DNA from: a bacterium
GTDB taxonomy: Bacteria > Patescibacteriota > Minisyncoccia > UBA6257 > WO2-44-18
Assembly: GCA_030698695.1 (NCBI GenBank)
Contig: JAUYMR010000042.1
Coordinates: 3,174 to 67,173 of the forward strand
Reading direction: 5' to 3'
DNA length: 64,000 nt
Every line of letters begins with the position of its first letter. The stretch's first letter is position 1. Shown piece after piece: positions 32,100-43,200 of this stretch. A program made the translations under genes and the position numbers. The notes beneath the pieces are model-generated. The model searched no databases and had not been told where the DNA came from. It saw only the letters and a list, made by a program, of their open reading frames with translations.

Positions 32100-33818
32100 T
32101 CACGCTTCTTCGGTATCTCTTAACACTTCCTCCATACTAACCCTGCCATCAAGACTCTTAAGAATTCCATCTTGTCTTAAAGTTACCATTCCCTGTCTTT
32201 TAGATTCATCCCAAAGTTTATTCTCGGTTACGCCACTGCTAATAATATCTGAAAGTTGCGGCGTCATTTTAAAGGCCTCAAAAACAGCCAAACGTCCGAC
32301 AATGCCTTTTTGATTGCAAGTGGCGCATCCGCCAGCGTGATAGATTTTATAAGGCGCTTTATATTTAGATCTAATACTTTCCGGCATTTCAGATAATTCT
32401 TTGTTAATAATCTCTGTCATTGCTTGTGAGGCCACGGTGGATTTTTTGCAATCAGGGCACAATTCAGAAACTAAGCGTTGAGCGCCCATAAGATTAAGCG
32501 ATGATGGCAATAAAAATGGTTGTATGCCCAGATCAATTAATCTTGGCACGGCTGTAACTGCATTGTTGGTGTGTAATGTTGTTAAAACAATATGACCGGT
32601 TAGGGCCGCATGCACGGCTAGAGTTGCGGTTTCGCTGTCTCTTATTTCGCCGACCATAATTACATCCGGATCCTGACGCAATATCTCTCTCAAACCACTG
32701 GCAAAATCGTAGCCAATCTCTGGCTTAATTTGTGATTGATTCACTCCTTCAATGGAATATTCCACCGGATCCTCCAAGCTAACAATATTAACGCCATCAT
32801 TATTAAGTATTTGCATCAACGAATAAAGAGTAGTGGTTTTACCAGAGCCCGTCGGACCAGTAATTAGTACCATGCCGTAAGGCTTAGCAATGGCCTCTTT
32901 CAATAAATCTGCGTTCCTGTTCAAAAAACCCAAATCATCTAAACTGCGTAGTCCAACTTTGGGGTCAAGTACGCGCAAAGCCAACTTCTCGCCAAAAGGC
33001 GTTGGAAAACTGGACACGCGAAAATCAATATCTCTATCTAAAATATTCGTACGAAATCGTCCATCTTGAGGAATGCGAGTCTCATCAATTTTTAAATTGG
33101 AAAGTATCTTAACGCGAGAAATAATAGGTTGATGCAATTCTATTGGCAACGATAATACTTCTTGCAGAACTCCATTTTTTCTAAATCTAACTCGCAAACG
33201 ATTGCGTTGCGGCTCTAAATGGATATCTGAAGCATCGGCGCCGACTGCGTCCTTTAAAATAGACGACACTATCTTGATAACTGGCGCTTCTTGAGCTACG
33301 GCCATCTCCGATTCCATTGTTATGCCCCGCTGACCGCTTAACGGCTTAATGGCTCTCAAAGCTGCCTGCACCTCGTCTTTATTGGCCCCACCATATTGTT
33401 TGAGGACAGCCATAACGTCTTTAGGCGTAACCAAATAAACTCCCAAATTGATTTTTAAATCCTTACCCACAAAACGCAAGGCCTCTTTTACACTGGCGTC
33501 TTCCGGATTGACAGCGCCGACTATCAACATATCACTTTTCTTTTCCAGCGGAATTATTTTGTATCTATTAGCCGCGTCTGTAGGTATTAATTTTAATAGT
33601 TCCGGCGATAATTGATCGGGATCAACCTTTTTATAAGGTATTTTTAATAGCTGGCTTTTTATTTTAGCGACCTCTTCTTCGGCCACTAATTGACGATCAT
33701 AAACCAATTGCTCTGCCGATCTTTTAGTAGATCCAACATCGCCTAACAACCTATCGGCCGCATCCGAAGTGATCAATTTTGCATCAATTAAAGCTTTTAT
33801 AAGTTCTTTGTCTTTCAT
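32100..33818 (-). CDS. pilB: Type IV pilus assembly ATPase (PilB/GspE)
   Basis: ASDIHLEP, PQDGR, GPTGSGKTT, LRQDPDVIMVGEIRD, tetracysteine motif. Confidence 0.95.
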   Translation of the reverse strand: MKDKELIKALIDAKLITSDAADRLLGDVGSTKRSAEQLVYDRQLVAEEEVAKIKSQLLKIPYKKVDPDQLSPELLKLIPTDAANRYKIIPLEKKSDMLIVGAVNPEDASVKEALRFVGKDLKINLGVYLVTPKDVMAVLKQYGGANKDEVQAALRAIKPLSGQRGITMESEMAVAQEAPVIKIVSSILKDAVGADASDIHLEPQRNRLRVRFRKNGVLQEVLSLPIELHQPIISRVKILSNLKIDETRIPQDGRFRTNILDRDIDFRVSSFPTPFGEKLALRVLDPKVGLRSLDDLGFLNRNADLLKEAIAKPYGMVLITGPTGSGKTTTLYSLMQILNNDGVNIVSLEDPVEYSIEGVNQSQIKPEIGYDFASGLREILRQDPDVIMVGEIRDSETATLAVHAALTGHIVLTTLHTNNAVTAVPRLIDLGIQPFLLPSSLNLMGAQRLVSELCPDCKKSTVASQAMTEIINKELSEMPESIRSKYKAPYKIYHAGGCATCNQKGIVGRLAVFEAFKMTPQLSDIISSGVTENKLWDESKRQGMVTLRQDGILKSLDGRVSMEEVLRDTEEA

Positions 33819-33939
33819 CCCGTTAGAGATAGGATGCGCTGATAAAGCACATCCGTAAAGTTAGGATTAATTTAAAATCACAGATGACACGTAATCTCAT
33901 AATAAATATAATGATATAACTAAATTGTCTCTAAAAGGA
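33818..33939. mobile_element. MITE-like inverted-repeat element 1 at the pilB start codon
   Basis: Ends TCCCGTTAGAGA / TCTCTAAAAGGA, TTCA(TC) direct repeats at both junctions, 122 bp. Confidence 0.65.
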
Positions 33940-33946
33940 TTCATCG

Positions 33947-34237
33947 TTAAAACGGCTGAAAAGGATTGGCCCGACCAATTACACCAACAGTCTGAACGGG
34001 TACGTAATTCGTCAGATTTCTGAACGCCTGACTGTTCAAAACTGTTGTTGAGTCAATCTCGGAATTATAAATTCGCTCTGCCGATTGCAATGGCGGAGGT
34101 ACGATAATATCAAAAGCCGGTGTCGGGGCGAAAAACAAATAATAGACAATCGCTCCTATTATCACTATCAAAACTATCAGCCCGATAAGCTTTCCCAAGC
34201 CAGATGATTTTTCTTTTCCTTCTATAATGTTTGCCAT
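33947..34237 (-). CDS. Small membrane-anchored pilus-locus protein (PilP position)
   Basis: One TM helix, C-terminal GRANPFQPF, located between pilO and pilB. Confidence 0.65.
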   Translation of the reverse strand: MANIIEGKEKSSGLGKLIGLIVLIVIIGAIVYYLFFAPTPAFDIIVPPPLQSAERIYNSEIDSTTVLNSQAFRNLTNYVPVQTVGVIGRANPFQPF

Positions 34238-34238
34238 G

Positions 34239-34754
34239 TTATTGATAGTATGCGTCAACCGACAAATTATATGTATCGTCCCTAATGGTTAAATGATTCA
34301 CATCCATAATCCTAATATTAGTTTCCAGCGTTTGTAAAAATGATTTTAGCGCGTTATAAGATCCTCTAAGGCCCAGATTTATTCTAACCATACCCAAACC
34401 TGACGAATCAGAACTTGGCTGGCTCAAACTTAACGATATCATTTGCAAACCGCTGTTTTGTCCTAAACTATAAATCTGTTGGAATAACGATGCTGTGTCC
34501 GCACCTAGCGGCAATACCAAGGAAATGATTTCTTGCAATCTGGCCGCGCTTTGGTATTGAGAAAGCAAGTCGCTAACACGATCAATAATTTCTTTTTGAC
34601 CGTCAAACAATTTTGTTTTCGCCGCTAGATTCCCTCTTAACTCCTGAATATTATCATATTCAGGACTAATAAAATTAGCATAAAAAACCAACGCGCCGAT
34701 CAATAACGCGGCTGACGCCAAAAGACTTAAACTTCTTTTAGAGCTGGCTTTCAT
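34239..34754 (-). CDS. pilO: Type IV pilus assembly protein PilO
   Basis: TM helix plus coiled coil, GSYNALKSFLQTLETNIRIMDV. Confidence 0.85.
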   Translation of the reverse strand: MKASSKRSLSLLASAALLIGALVFYANFISPEYDNIQELRGNLAAKTKLFDGQKEIIDRVSDLLSQYQSAARLQEIISLVLPLGADTASLFQQIYSLGQNSGLQMISLSLSQPSSDSSGLGMVRINLGLRGSYNALKSFLQTLETNIRIMDVNHLTIRDDTYNLSVDAYYQ

Positions 34755-34876
34755 CCCGTTAAAAACAGAACGCGCTTAATAGGCGCGTTCGTACTGCGAT
34801 AGTTAGTCTTGAGTTGTTGACCTTGTATGATTTCATGTGGAATATAATTAGTTTGATTTAATTGCTTTTAACGGGA
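34754..34876. mobile_element. MITE-like inverted-repeat element 2 at the pilO start codon
   Basis: Ends TCCCGTTAAAA / TTTTAACGGGA, TTCA(TC) direct repeats at both junctions, 123 bp. Confidence 0.7.
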
Positions 34877-34883
34877 TTCATCA

Positions 34884-35414
34884 TTATTTAAATACTGTTG
34901 GATTTAAAACTAGACCAACTTTGAAATTAACCAAAGACCCGCGAGCATCTGTTTGATTAAGATAAAAACTTTCCAATTCCGACGTCTCTTTAAAAGATTG
35001 TAGTTGTTGCGACAAAACACTATAAGACTGAGCTACTCCATCAACAATAACTGTGCGCTTTGCAACATCTAAATCAAACCCGCTATAATAAACTCTTTGA
35101 TTAGTAATACGCTCTAAAAGCGGCAAAACTTTTGAAATAATGACGTGCTTGTTTAAAACATTTTGCAAATTACCCAACTGACCATAAAAACGAAGTAAGT
35201 TTTGTTGCTCAACCTCCGGTATTGTCCGAGCTAGTTCGGCTATTTCGGCATCTTTATCCTCAATTTGTGAATGAAGATATGATCCATAACCAAATCGCAA
35301 TCCTAAATAACCAGCCGCCAATGCAACAAATAATATTATAGAGAACGACAATAGCCGCCATGGCCAACCCACTTCTAATTTTTCTGGCCCAAAATTATCT
35401 AAATTATTTGCCAT
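34884..35414 (-). CDS. pilN: PilN-like protein
   Basis: N-terminal TM helix, coiled coil, DGVAQSY..L..Q; located between pilM and pilO. Confidence 0.7.
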   Translation of the reverse strand: MANNLDNFGPEKLEVGWPWRLLSFSIILFVALAAGYLGLRFGYGSYLHSQIEDKDAEIAELARTIPEVEQQNLLRFYGQLGNLQNVLNKHVIISKVLPLLERITNQRVYYSGFDLDVAKRTVIVDGVAQSYSVLSQQLQSFKETSELESFYLNQTDARGSLVNFKVGLVLNPTVFK

Positions 35415-35415
35415 T

Positions 35416-36489
35416 TTAAAAATCCTTCTTCAAACCCAAGCCAATAGCTGTACTTAATTCCGTTCTCAAACCTTCCACCAAGGGCTTAAGAGCTAGAGGA
35501 TAATTGATTTTATCAAAAGGGTCGCCCCTCTTAACTACCATCCCCAACTGTTCACCGATATAAGCGGTTATTCCAGTTAACCTAGAGCCACCACCGGCTA
35601 GAACCACCAATTCAACATTGATCTTATATGTTTCTTCGTAACTATTTTTGACTCTCCTAGCTTCATTAATTATAACATCTAATATCGGCTTAATGAGTGT
35701 GGATAACTCAGCAGTGGCTCCGCTACTTGTCAAGCCATGCCGTTTTTTCAAATCTTCGGCTTTACGAACAGAGACATCAAGACCGGTAGATAAAACTTGA
35801 GTTAATGATCCTCCGGCAAAATCAGTTTGGTTAGTGAACTTCAACAAGCCATTCTGAGCAATAGAAAAACTGGTTGATCGCGCGCCTATATCAATAATCA
35901 TCATCGGCTTCTCTACGCCGGATGAAAAGATTCTCGCCTGACTTACGCCCTCCATTTCCATGGCTACCAAATCAAGCCCCGCAACTTCAAAAATCCTTTT
36001 ATATTTTTCAATTTGCTCATTTAAAATGGCAATCAAAAAAATCTGTTGTTTTTTAGACCCATTTCCATCATCTCTTTCCCCCACTTTAAACCAATTCAAA
36101 GTTACAGACTCCATAGATAACGGCACATATTGCTTAGCTTGAAATCGCATAGCGCGGTCCAAATCTTCTGTCGGCATTGATGGCAATTCAATCAAGGTGG
36201 TAAAAGCCGCGAAAGCGGGCAAAGAAACAATGGCCTGATTGGTCTCAATTCCCGCCTTATTAATTAGTAGCTTAAGATAGCTAGCCGTTTCTGTGTCTAT
36301 TAATTTTAGACTACTACTCTGCAAAACTTCATTAACTCTATCTAAATAAGAATAAGTCTCCAAAACCCCATAATTTTTTAGCGTAAAATTGTTTTTTGAT
36401 CTATTTATTTCAACCACCTTAATAGACGTGGTTCCAATATCCACGCCTAAATAAGTTTTGGATTTAGTTAATGATTGCCACCATGACAT
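35416..36489 (-). CDS. pilM: Type IV pilus assembly protein PilM
   Basis: LGVDIGTTSIKVVE, IDIGARST, LAGGGS, AIGLGLK (actin-like fold). Confidence 0.95.
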   Translation of the reverse strand: MSWWQSLTKSKTYLGVDIGTTSIKVVEINRSKNNFTLKNYGVLETYSYLDRVNEVLQSSSLKLIDTETASYLKLLINKAGIETNQAIVSLPAFAAFTTLIELPSMPTEDLDRAMRFQAKQYVPLSMESVTLNWFKVGERDDGNGSKKQQIFLIAILNEQIEKYKRIFEVAGLDLVAMEMEGVSQARIFSSGVEKPMMIIDIGARSTSFSIAQNGLLKFTNQTDFAGGSLTQVLSTGLDVSVRKAEDLKKRHGLTSSGATAELSTLIKPILDVIINEARRVKNSYEETYKINVELVVLAGGGSRLTGITAYIGEQLGMVVKRGDPFDKINYPLALKPLVEGLRTELSTAIGLGLKKDF

Positions 36490-36529
36490 ATCATTGTTAT
36501 TATATCACGACAAGTAATAAATTGGATTT

Positions 36530-37267
36530 ATGCGAAATTTATCAAAAACCTTGTTGGTTGTCCGAAATCTATTCCTAAGTATACTATTTCCCAAATTTTG
36601 TTGTAATTGCCGCGAATTATTATCAGAGTCATATCAAGGATTGTGCTCAAATTGTTCATCTTTGATAAATTTTAACCAAACATCTTTTTGTTCTATCTGC
36701 AGAGCTCGCTTGCCCCAGAACAAAAAAATATGCCACAAAGATGCTCCATATATTTTAGCAGCGGCCACAAACTATAATAGCGCCGCGATTCGCAATTTGA
36801 TTTGCCAATATAAATATCGTCGTCGCCAAACGCTGGTTAACCCTCTGGCAAATATTGTAAATACATTCATTGATAAATCAGGACTTAAATCAATAATCTC
36901 AACCGATACTTTGATAATCCCGATACCTCTTCATCCCAAAAAACAACGAGAACGCGGCTTCAATCAAAGCCTGCTCCTGGCGCAATCATTATCTACAACT
37001 TTAAAATTACCGGTAGAAAATATATTGGAGCGTAAAAAACCTACGACCCCCCAAGCGGAAATAAATGATTTTGAAAAAAGAAAAATCAATGTAGCCGATT
37101 GCTTCGCCATTAATGAAACTGCGCGAATCACGAATAAAATTAAGAATAAGGACATTGTCTTAATTGATGACGTCTATACCTCCGGATCAACACTTAATGA
37201 AGCAGCTAAGATGTTAAAAATTTGTGGCGCCAAAAAGATTATCGCCCTAGTCATAGCTAAGGCATAA
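36530..37267 (+). CDS. comF: ComF family competence protein (zinc ribbon plus PRTase)
   Basis: CxxC pairs, PIPLH...RGFNQS, LIDDVYTSGST. Confidence 0.92.
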   Translation: MRNLSKTLLVVRNLFLSILFPKFCCNCRELLSESYQGLCSNCSSLINFNQTSFCSICRARLPQNKKICHKDAPYILAAATNYNSAAIRNLICQYKYRRRQTLVNPLANIVNTFIDKSGLKSIISTDTLIIPIPLHPKKQRERGFNQSLLLAQSLSTTLKLPVENILERKKPTTPQAEINDFEKRKINVADCFAINETARITNKIKNKDIVLIDDVYTSGSTLNEAAKMLKICGAKKIIALVIAKA

Positions 37268-37292
37268 TCTAAGGCCTTGCGATGGCCTTAGA

Positions 37293-40200
37293 TTATGGGG
37301 TTGGCTCTTCAGCTGGTGCTGGCTCCTCGGGGGCTAGCGCCGGTTCTTCTGCTGGTGCTGGCTCTTCTGCTGGGGCCTCCTCTACGGCTGACTCTTCAGC
37401 TGGTGCTGGCTCTTCAGTTGACTCCGGCTGAGACTGAATCAATGACGAGCAAACACCAGAAGTGGTCTCAGCCAATCCATTGCGAACAAATAGACAATAT
37501 GGCTGATTAGTTTCGGTGTCATATAAAGTTATTCCCGTAGGAGCTGAAGATGAGCCAACTTCCAATTTCCCAACTATTAATTCTTTAATAGTCACCAAGG
37601 CGTCTCTCAACCAATTAGCCACTATATTGATAATCTGTGCTACCAGACCATCACCTTCTAAATTAAGACTGCTATTCTCTTGATTGACTGGAGATTCTAA
37701 CGAAACCGGCATCCAATAAGTAAGATTAACGAACATCAAGACCTTGCTATGATTTTCTTCGGTGGGGCCATCAAAATTGCTGATAGCATAACCCAAGATG
37801 CGGCCCGCTTGATTGGCTTTTTTAGCGACTCCGGCTTCCGAAGAAATAGTCAACGGGTCCCCTATAACGATAGGTCCATTTTCTAGATTCACTTTAACCG
37901 GAACACGACCAGAAAGAGCTAGCGGGGCTTTGTCGGGATCAGGACTATAAAAACCACTAAGAGCTTTGATGTGACTACCCTCAAACACGATGGCCGGGGA
38001 AGTTGAAATAACGCCTGCCAATTTTTCTGGCCCGGTAGCTTTTGATATATGAGCCGGACTGGAGCCGTCAAACATAACCACATCGCCACCAGTTAATGCT
38101 TCACTAGTTGGATAAAGCTCGGCAAGATCGTTTAACACACAATCACCTAAACTATTAGTATCACGGCATTGATCGTTAGCGGCTATAGAGATTGCCGTAT
38201 TGCCCTCATCGCTACCGCTAGCATTAATTAATAAAGCTGGAAGAGTATTGTTGTTGGTGTTGTCTATGGACAAAGTCCCTCCCGGCGAAGTAGTTCCAAT
38301 GCCGATTAAGCCGTTATCCAAAACCGTCATTATGGTCGTTGAGGCGTTATTAACTAATTGCAATAATTGACCGGTGCCCGTGCCTGCTCCCCAAACACTA
38401 AATTGAGAATAAGGAGTAGTGGTGCCGACAGCTACACGATTGCCAAAAGTGGCAGACGTCACATTTCCCAAACTGGTGCTGGTAGCCACGACACTGATAG
38501 GCCCAGCGCTCAACAATCCGTTAGTGCCTATATTGACGCCACCGCCAACCTGCAAACGACCGCCGATTTCAACATCTTTATATATGCGCGCCTCACCAGC
38601 TTCCAAAGAATGAATATTGGCGGCCACGGTCTCTATACCGGAAATATCTCTAACTTCTAGAACTCTAGTACCGGAGCCACCGGTCTGGGGACCTATGAAA
38701 AGACGCCTGCCGGAAATATCAAAAGATTCCGGATTAGGATTGGTAGTTGAGGCGCTACCTATTAACACTGGACTCGCTGGATCAAAGACGTCAAAAATAT
38801 GCATACTGGCTATGTCATCAAATGCCTTTCCAGCAATAACATATGCATAACGACCACGAACTTTTATGCCGGCTGGTCTTCTAAAAGCATTTGCCAATTG
38901 ACTGACTTTGGCCGGACTACTGGTAGAAATATCAAATATTTCTAACAATGGGTCATCGCCGCCGTCAGAAGTAACATAGGCATAATTTCCAACAACTTCC
39001 AAGTCATTATTAGTGACGGCATTCATATTGATGGGGGCACTACCGATAACCGCGGGCGTGCTGGTGGAAATATCCACCTTAGCCAAAGCGTTATTACCGC
39101 CGTCAAGAACGTATAAATAACGACCCAGAACTTTAGCGCCGCGCATATTGTTGCTAAAATCCATAGTGGACACAAGATTGGGAGCGATGGGATTGGTGAT
39201 GTCCCAGACAGCCAATGAAGGACTGTTGCCGAAAATATATGCCCTGCCACCAACCACAGTAACACCATTGCCACCGCCAGTATTGGTTGAGCTTATAATA
39301 GCCGGTCTCAAAGGATCAGATATATCAATTATCACCAAAGAAGTATTTATCTGATCCATAACATAGGCATAGCGACCAGCAATGGTTATAGACACCGGAT
39401 TGGGACCGCCTCCCGTAAGAGCAACTGTAGCAACTTGAGCCGGAGAAGTGGTAGAAATATCAAAGACCAGAATATTGCCGCCATTGGAATTAGTTAAATA
39501 AGCATATTTACCAGAAATAGCCATTTCTTGTGATTGAACACCATCGTCCAAAGTGGCATAGCCCAATAAACTCGGGGTAGAAGTTGCCGGATTGAATATG
39601 TTGCCCCAAACAACTAACCTATCCTTAACATTAGTAGCAACGGTTGACGTACCTATCAATAATTGACCGTTATTATTTATAGTGAGAGCAGGAATCGTAT
39701 TGAGTCCACCGCCAACCGAAGTTGGCGTAACAGTACTACCAGAAGTCCAAGTGCCCAAAGACGATCCTTTAGTAAAATCATCTGGGTCACGAGCAAATAT
39801 TCCCAAAGTGTTGTCATCTATCATCCCTAAATTGACCAAGTCCGTATGGTCATAATAATCGCTGTAGCCAGCTGAATCTATATTCCTCAAAATACGATAA
39901 CCTTCAACATCTGGATCGTCAGACGCATTCCACGTCATCGCAACCCAAAAATCAACGTCACATTTGGAACTATCAGTCTCTATATAATCAGAAGAATAGA
40001 TAACAGTTCCACTAACGGTTTTAAAAGAGTAAATTCGATAATCCAAACACCCAGAAACATAATCACCATCCCCGCCTATATTATTAGCAGTTAATGGTGA
40101 TCCTGGACCAGATATAGTCGACGCCGCTGTCGTTGAGGCAATCATACTTCCAAATTGCAAACTTCCGCTTGAAGTAGTAAGGGCAAGATTACCAGATGAA

Positions 40201-43200
40201 CTAATGCCACCCGATGTTATGTACGTCGTACCCGTACCAACTTGTAGAGTTCCCCTAACTAATAAATTATTCTCAATCGTGGAAGTGCCCGTGCCGCCGA
40301 CGTATAATCTGCCAGATAGGGCAAATTTTTCAGCCGGAGTAGATGTGCCGACCCCCAAGGCACCCATAAAAGTAGAAGTAGCTGTGGTAGATGTGGCTGT
40401 AAAATATTCTGCGGCAACCTGACCAACAATTGATAATTTTGCATATGGAGATGTGGTGCCGATGCCGACGTTGCCGTTGTTGAGAACAGTCATCACGCTG
40501 GTGGAAGCGTTGTTGACGAGTTGCAAAAGATTACCCGTTCCAGTTCCTGAACCCCAGACGGTGAGACGAGCATAGGGGGTTGAGGTGCCGATGGAGACGC
40601 GGTTGCCAAAGGAGGCGGAAATTATATCCCTAGTAGAGCTTGCGGACACAGCAATCGGGCCGTCGCTAAGAACGCCACCATAACCGACATTTAAGCCGCT
40701 ATAAACGTTGAGATTACCCGAAATATTAACACTATTGCGCACTTGAAGATCTCCGGCTTCTAAAGAGTGAACAATAGCCGATGTCGTTTCTATGCCGGAG
40801 ATGTCGTAAACTTGCAAACCTGAAGAACTTGAGAGTGCGTAAGCATAACGACCGGCAACTTTAACAGCTGAGGGATTGGCGCCGATTGTGATCGTAGATA
40901 CGACGACAGGAGATAGCGGATTAGAAACATCTATAGTCTGCAAACTGTTCGCGCCATAATTTATTACATAAGCATAGCGACCAGACACACTCAAACCATT
41001 CGGGTTGGTTTCTGTATCAATAGATGACAAAAGGACTGGTGTAACATAAGGATCGGAAACATCAAAAATATAAAGCTTGCTATCCGTATAATGGGTAACA
41101 TAGGCATAGCCATTGTTTACATAAATTTCCCCGGTATTGCTAGTCACGAAACTATAAGTGCTTATTTTTACCACATCATAAGGATCGCTCGCGTCATAGA
41201 TGGCTAGCTTGCTGGCGTTCCAATTAACCATATAAACATATTTACCAGAAACAAAGATTGATTTTGGATTCGCGTTGCCGGCAACTGAATCAGTCAAGAT
41301 GGGATTGGTCGGATTAGAAATATCAAAAACTCTCAAAGGGATTGTTGAATCTCCCACATAAGCATAGCGACCGGAAACAAATAGACCTTGAGCTATATTA
41401 AGAGTGGTAGTTGAAACAATAATGGGATTTTTAACATTAGAAATATCTACAATCTGAAAACTAATATCGGTAGCTATATACGCGTAATTACCAGCGATAT
41501 AAATTGTCCTAGGATTAGTATCCAAGGTAAGAGTTGAAACTAATGCCGGACTGCTCGTAGATATATCAAAAATTTGCAATGTTTCTCCGGTACCGACTAC
41601 ATAGGCATATCTTCCGACGATAGATAAATCATATGGAGCGGTCGCGCTAGCCGACCCCACCAAAGTCGGCGTAGAGGTAGCCGGATTGAAAATGTTGCCC
41701 CAAACGACAAGGCGGCTGTTTTTGGCTTCAGCTGTGGTAGCTAATGTTGAAGTGCCAATGAGGACTTGGCCTCCATATGGATTGAGTAGAAGTTTGCCGG
41801 TGGTGGTAGCTCCAGAGACGATAAGGTCTCCGGTGCCGGTGGTAGCGGCGGCTATTGGGCCGGCGAAGGTAGATGTAGCGGTGGTTGTGGAGGTGAAGTA
41901 GGCGCCAACGATTTCACCGACTACTGAGAGTTTGGCATATGGAGATGTAGTGCCGATACCAACGTTGCCGTTATTACTAATTCTTAACCATTCTGTGTAG
42001 GTAGATAGCGAGTCATTTAAAATACCAAAGGCAAGGGCTCCGGCTGACGACGAAGCATAAACATGCTTAAGATCTGTTCCGCCACCTATATCAGTTAGTA
42101 ACAGTTGAGGACTGGTGGTCGCAGCTATTTGTAATTTATTGTTAGGAGTTGAAGTCCCAATACCTACACTGTCAGTAAGAGTGTCTAAAACCACGACTGT
42201 TCCATTATCACCCCAACCGCCAACGCCGCCCCAAGCGCCGTTAACATAAGCGCGCAAGCCATTGGTGTCGGTAGAATAATATAAAGTACCGTTGCCCACC
42301 CCAGACGGATCGCCACTCAATGATCCTAAAGTCAGCGAACCAGATAAAGTTGTAGTAGCCGCGCTAAGTATTCCTGAAAATGTTGAAGTAGATGTATTGG
42401 AAACTATTAAATTGGTGATAGTTGTCGTGCCCAATGTTCCGGTAAAATTAGTGATGCCGTTGGTAATACTAGCCGTTCCGCTCACGGTCAAGCTATCAAC
42501 CGACAAGCTGGAAATAGTATTAGTAAAATTCGGACTGGTGATATTGGGAGAATTGATAGTCGGCGAAGAAATAGTTAAATAATTAGTGTCTCCAACTGAC
42601 CCCAATGAATTGATACGATTGCTTAACGCTAAACTTTTATTGAGTTCGGCAATGGCTTCTGATTTGTTTTCATTTTGGACTTGAAGCAATCCAATTTGTG
42701 ATTCCAATAAACTAAGACGAGATAGCAATTCGTTGCTGGCTAGAAGACCGGAACTAACTTCTCTGATAATAGTCGTAGTCGTTGGTTGTAGTTGGGATTG
42801 AATTAACAAATTATTGCTAGTCGTAACATTTTGTATATTTGTATCTGGCGAGTCTTGTCCGGAATCTATAACAATATCCGCGTCTGAAGATGTGAACCAT
42901 TCCCCAATAGCATAAAAAATATTTTTAGCTTTTAATAACGCCGAATCAAAAATCTCTCCGAGAGTAGGCCAGGTCCTGGGTTTAAAAATTGGCGCTTGAT
43001 TTTGTTGTGTCTGGTTTTGAGAAGAAACAAATTCTAAAGAATTTATATCATATATATCCGGTATTGTCGGGGAGGTCGGATTCAGATCTGTTATTTGTGT
43101 TTGAGCTTGTGCTAGATAGTTATTAGCAACCGACAATGAACTGGAAACGTTGGTGGTTTGTTTTATATCAACACCGACCGACGACACCGGAGAAATCGGT

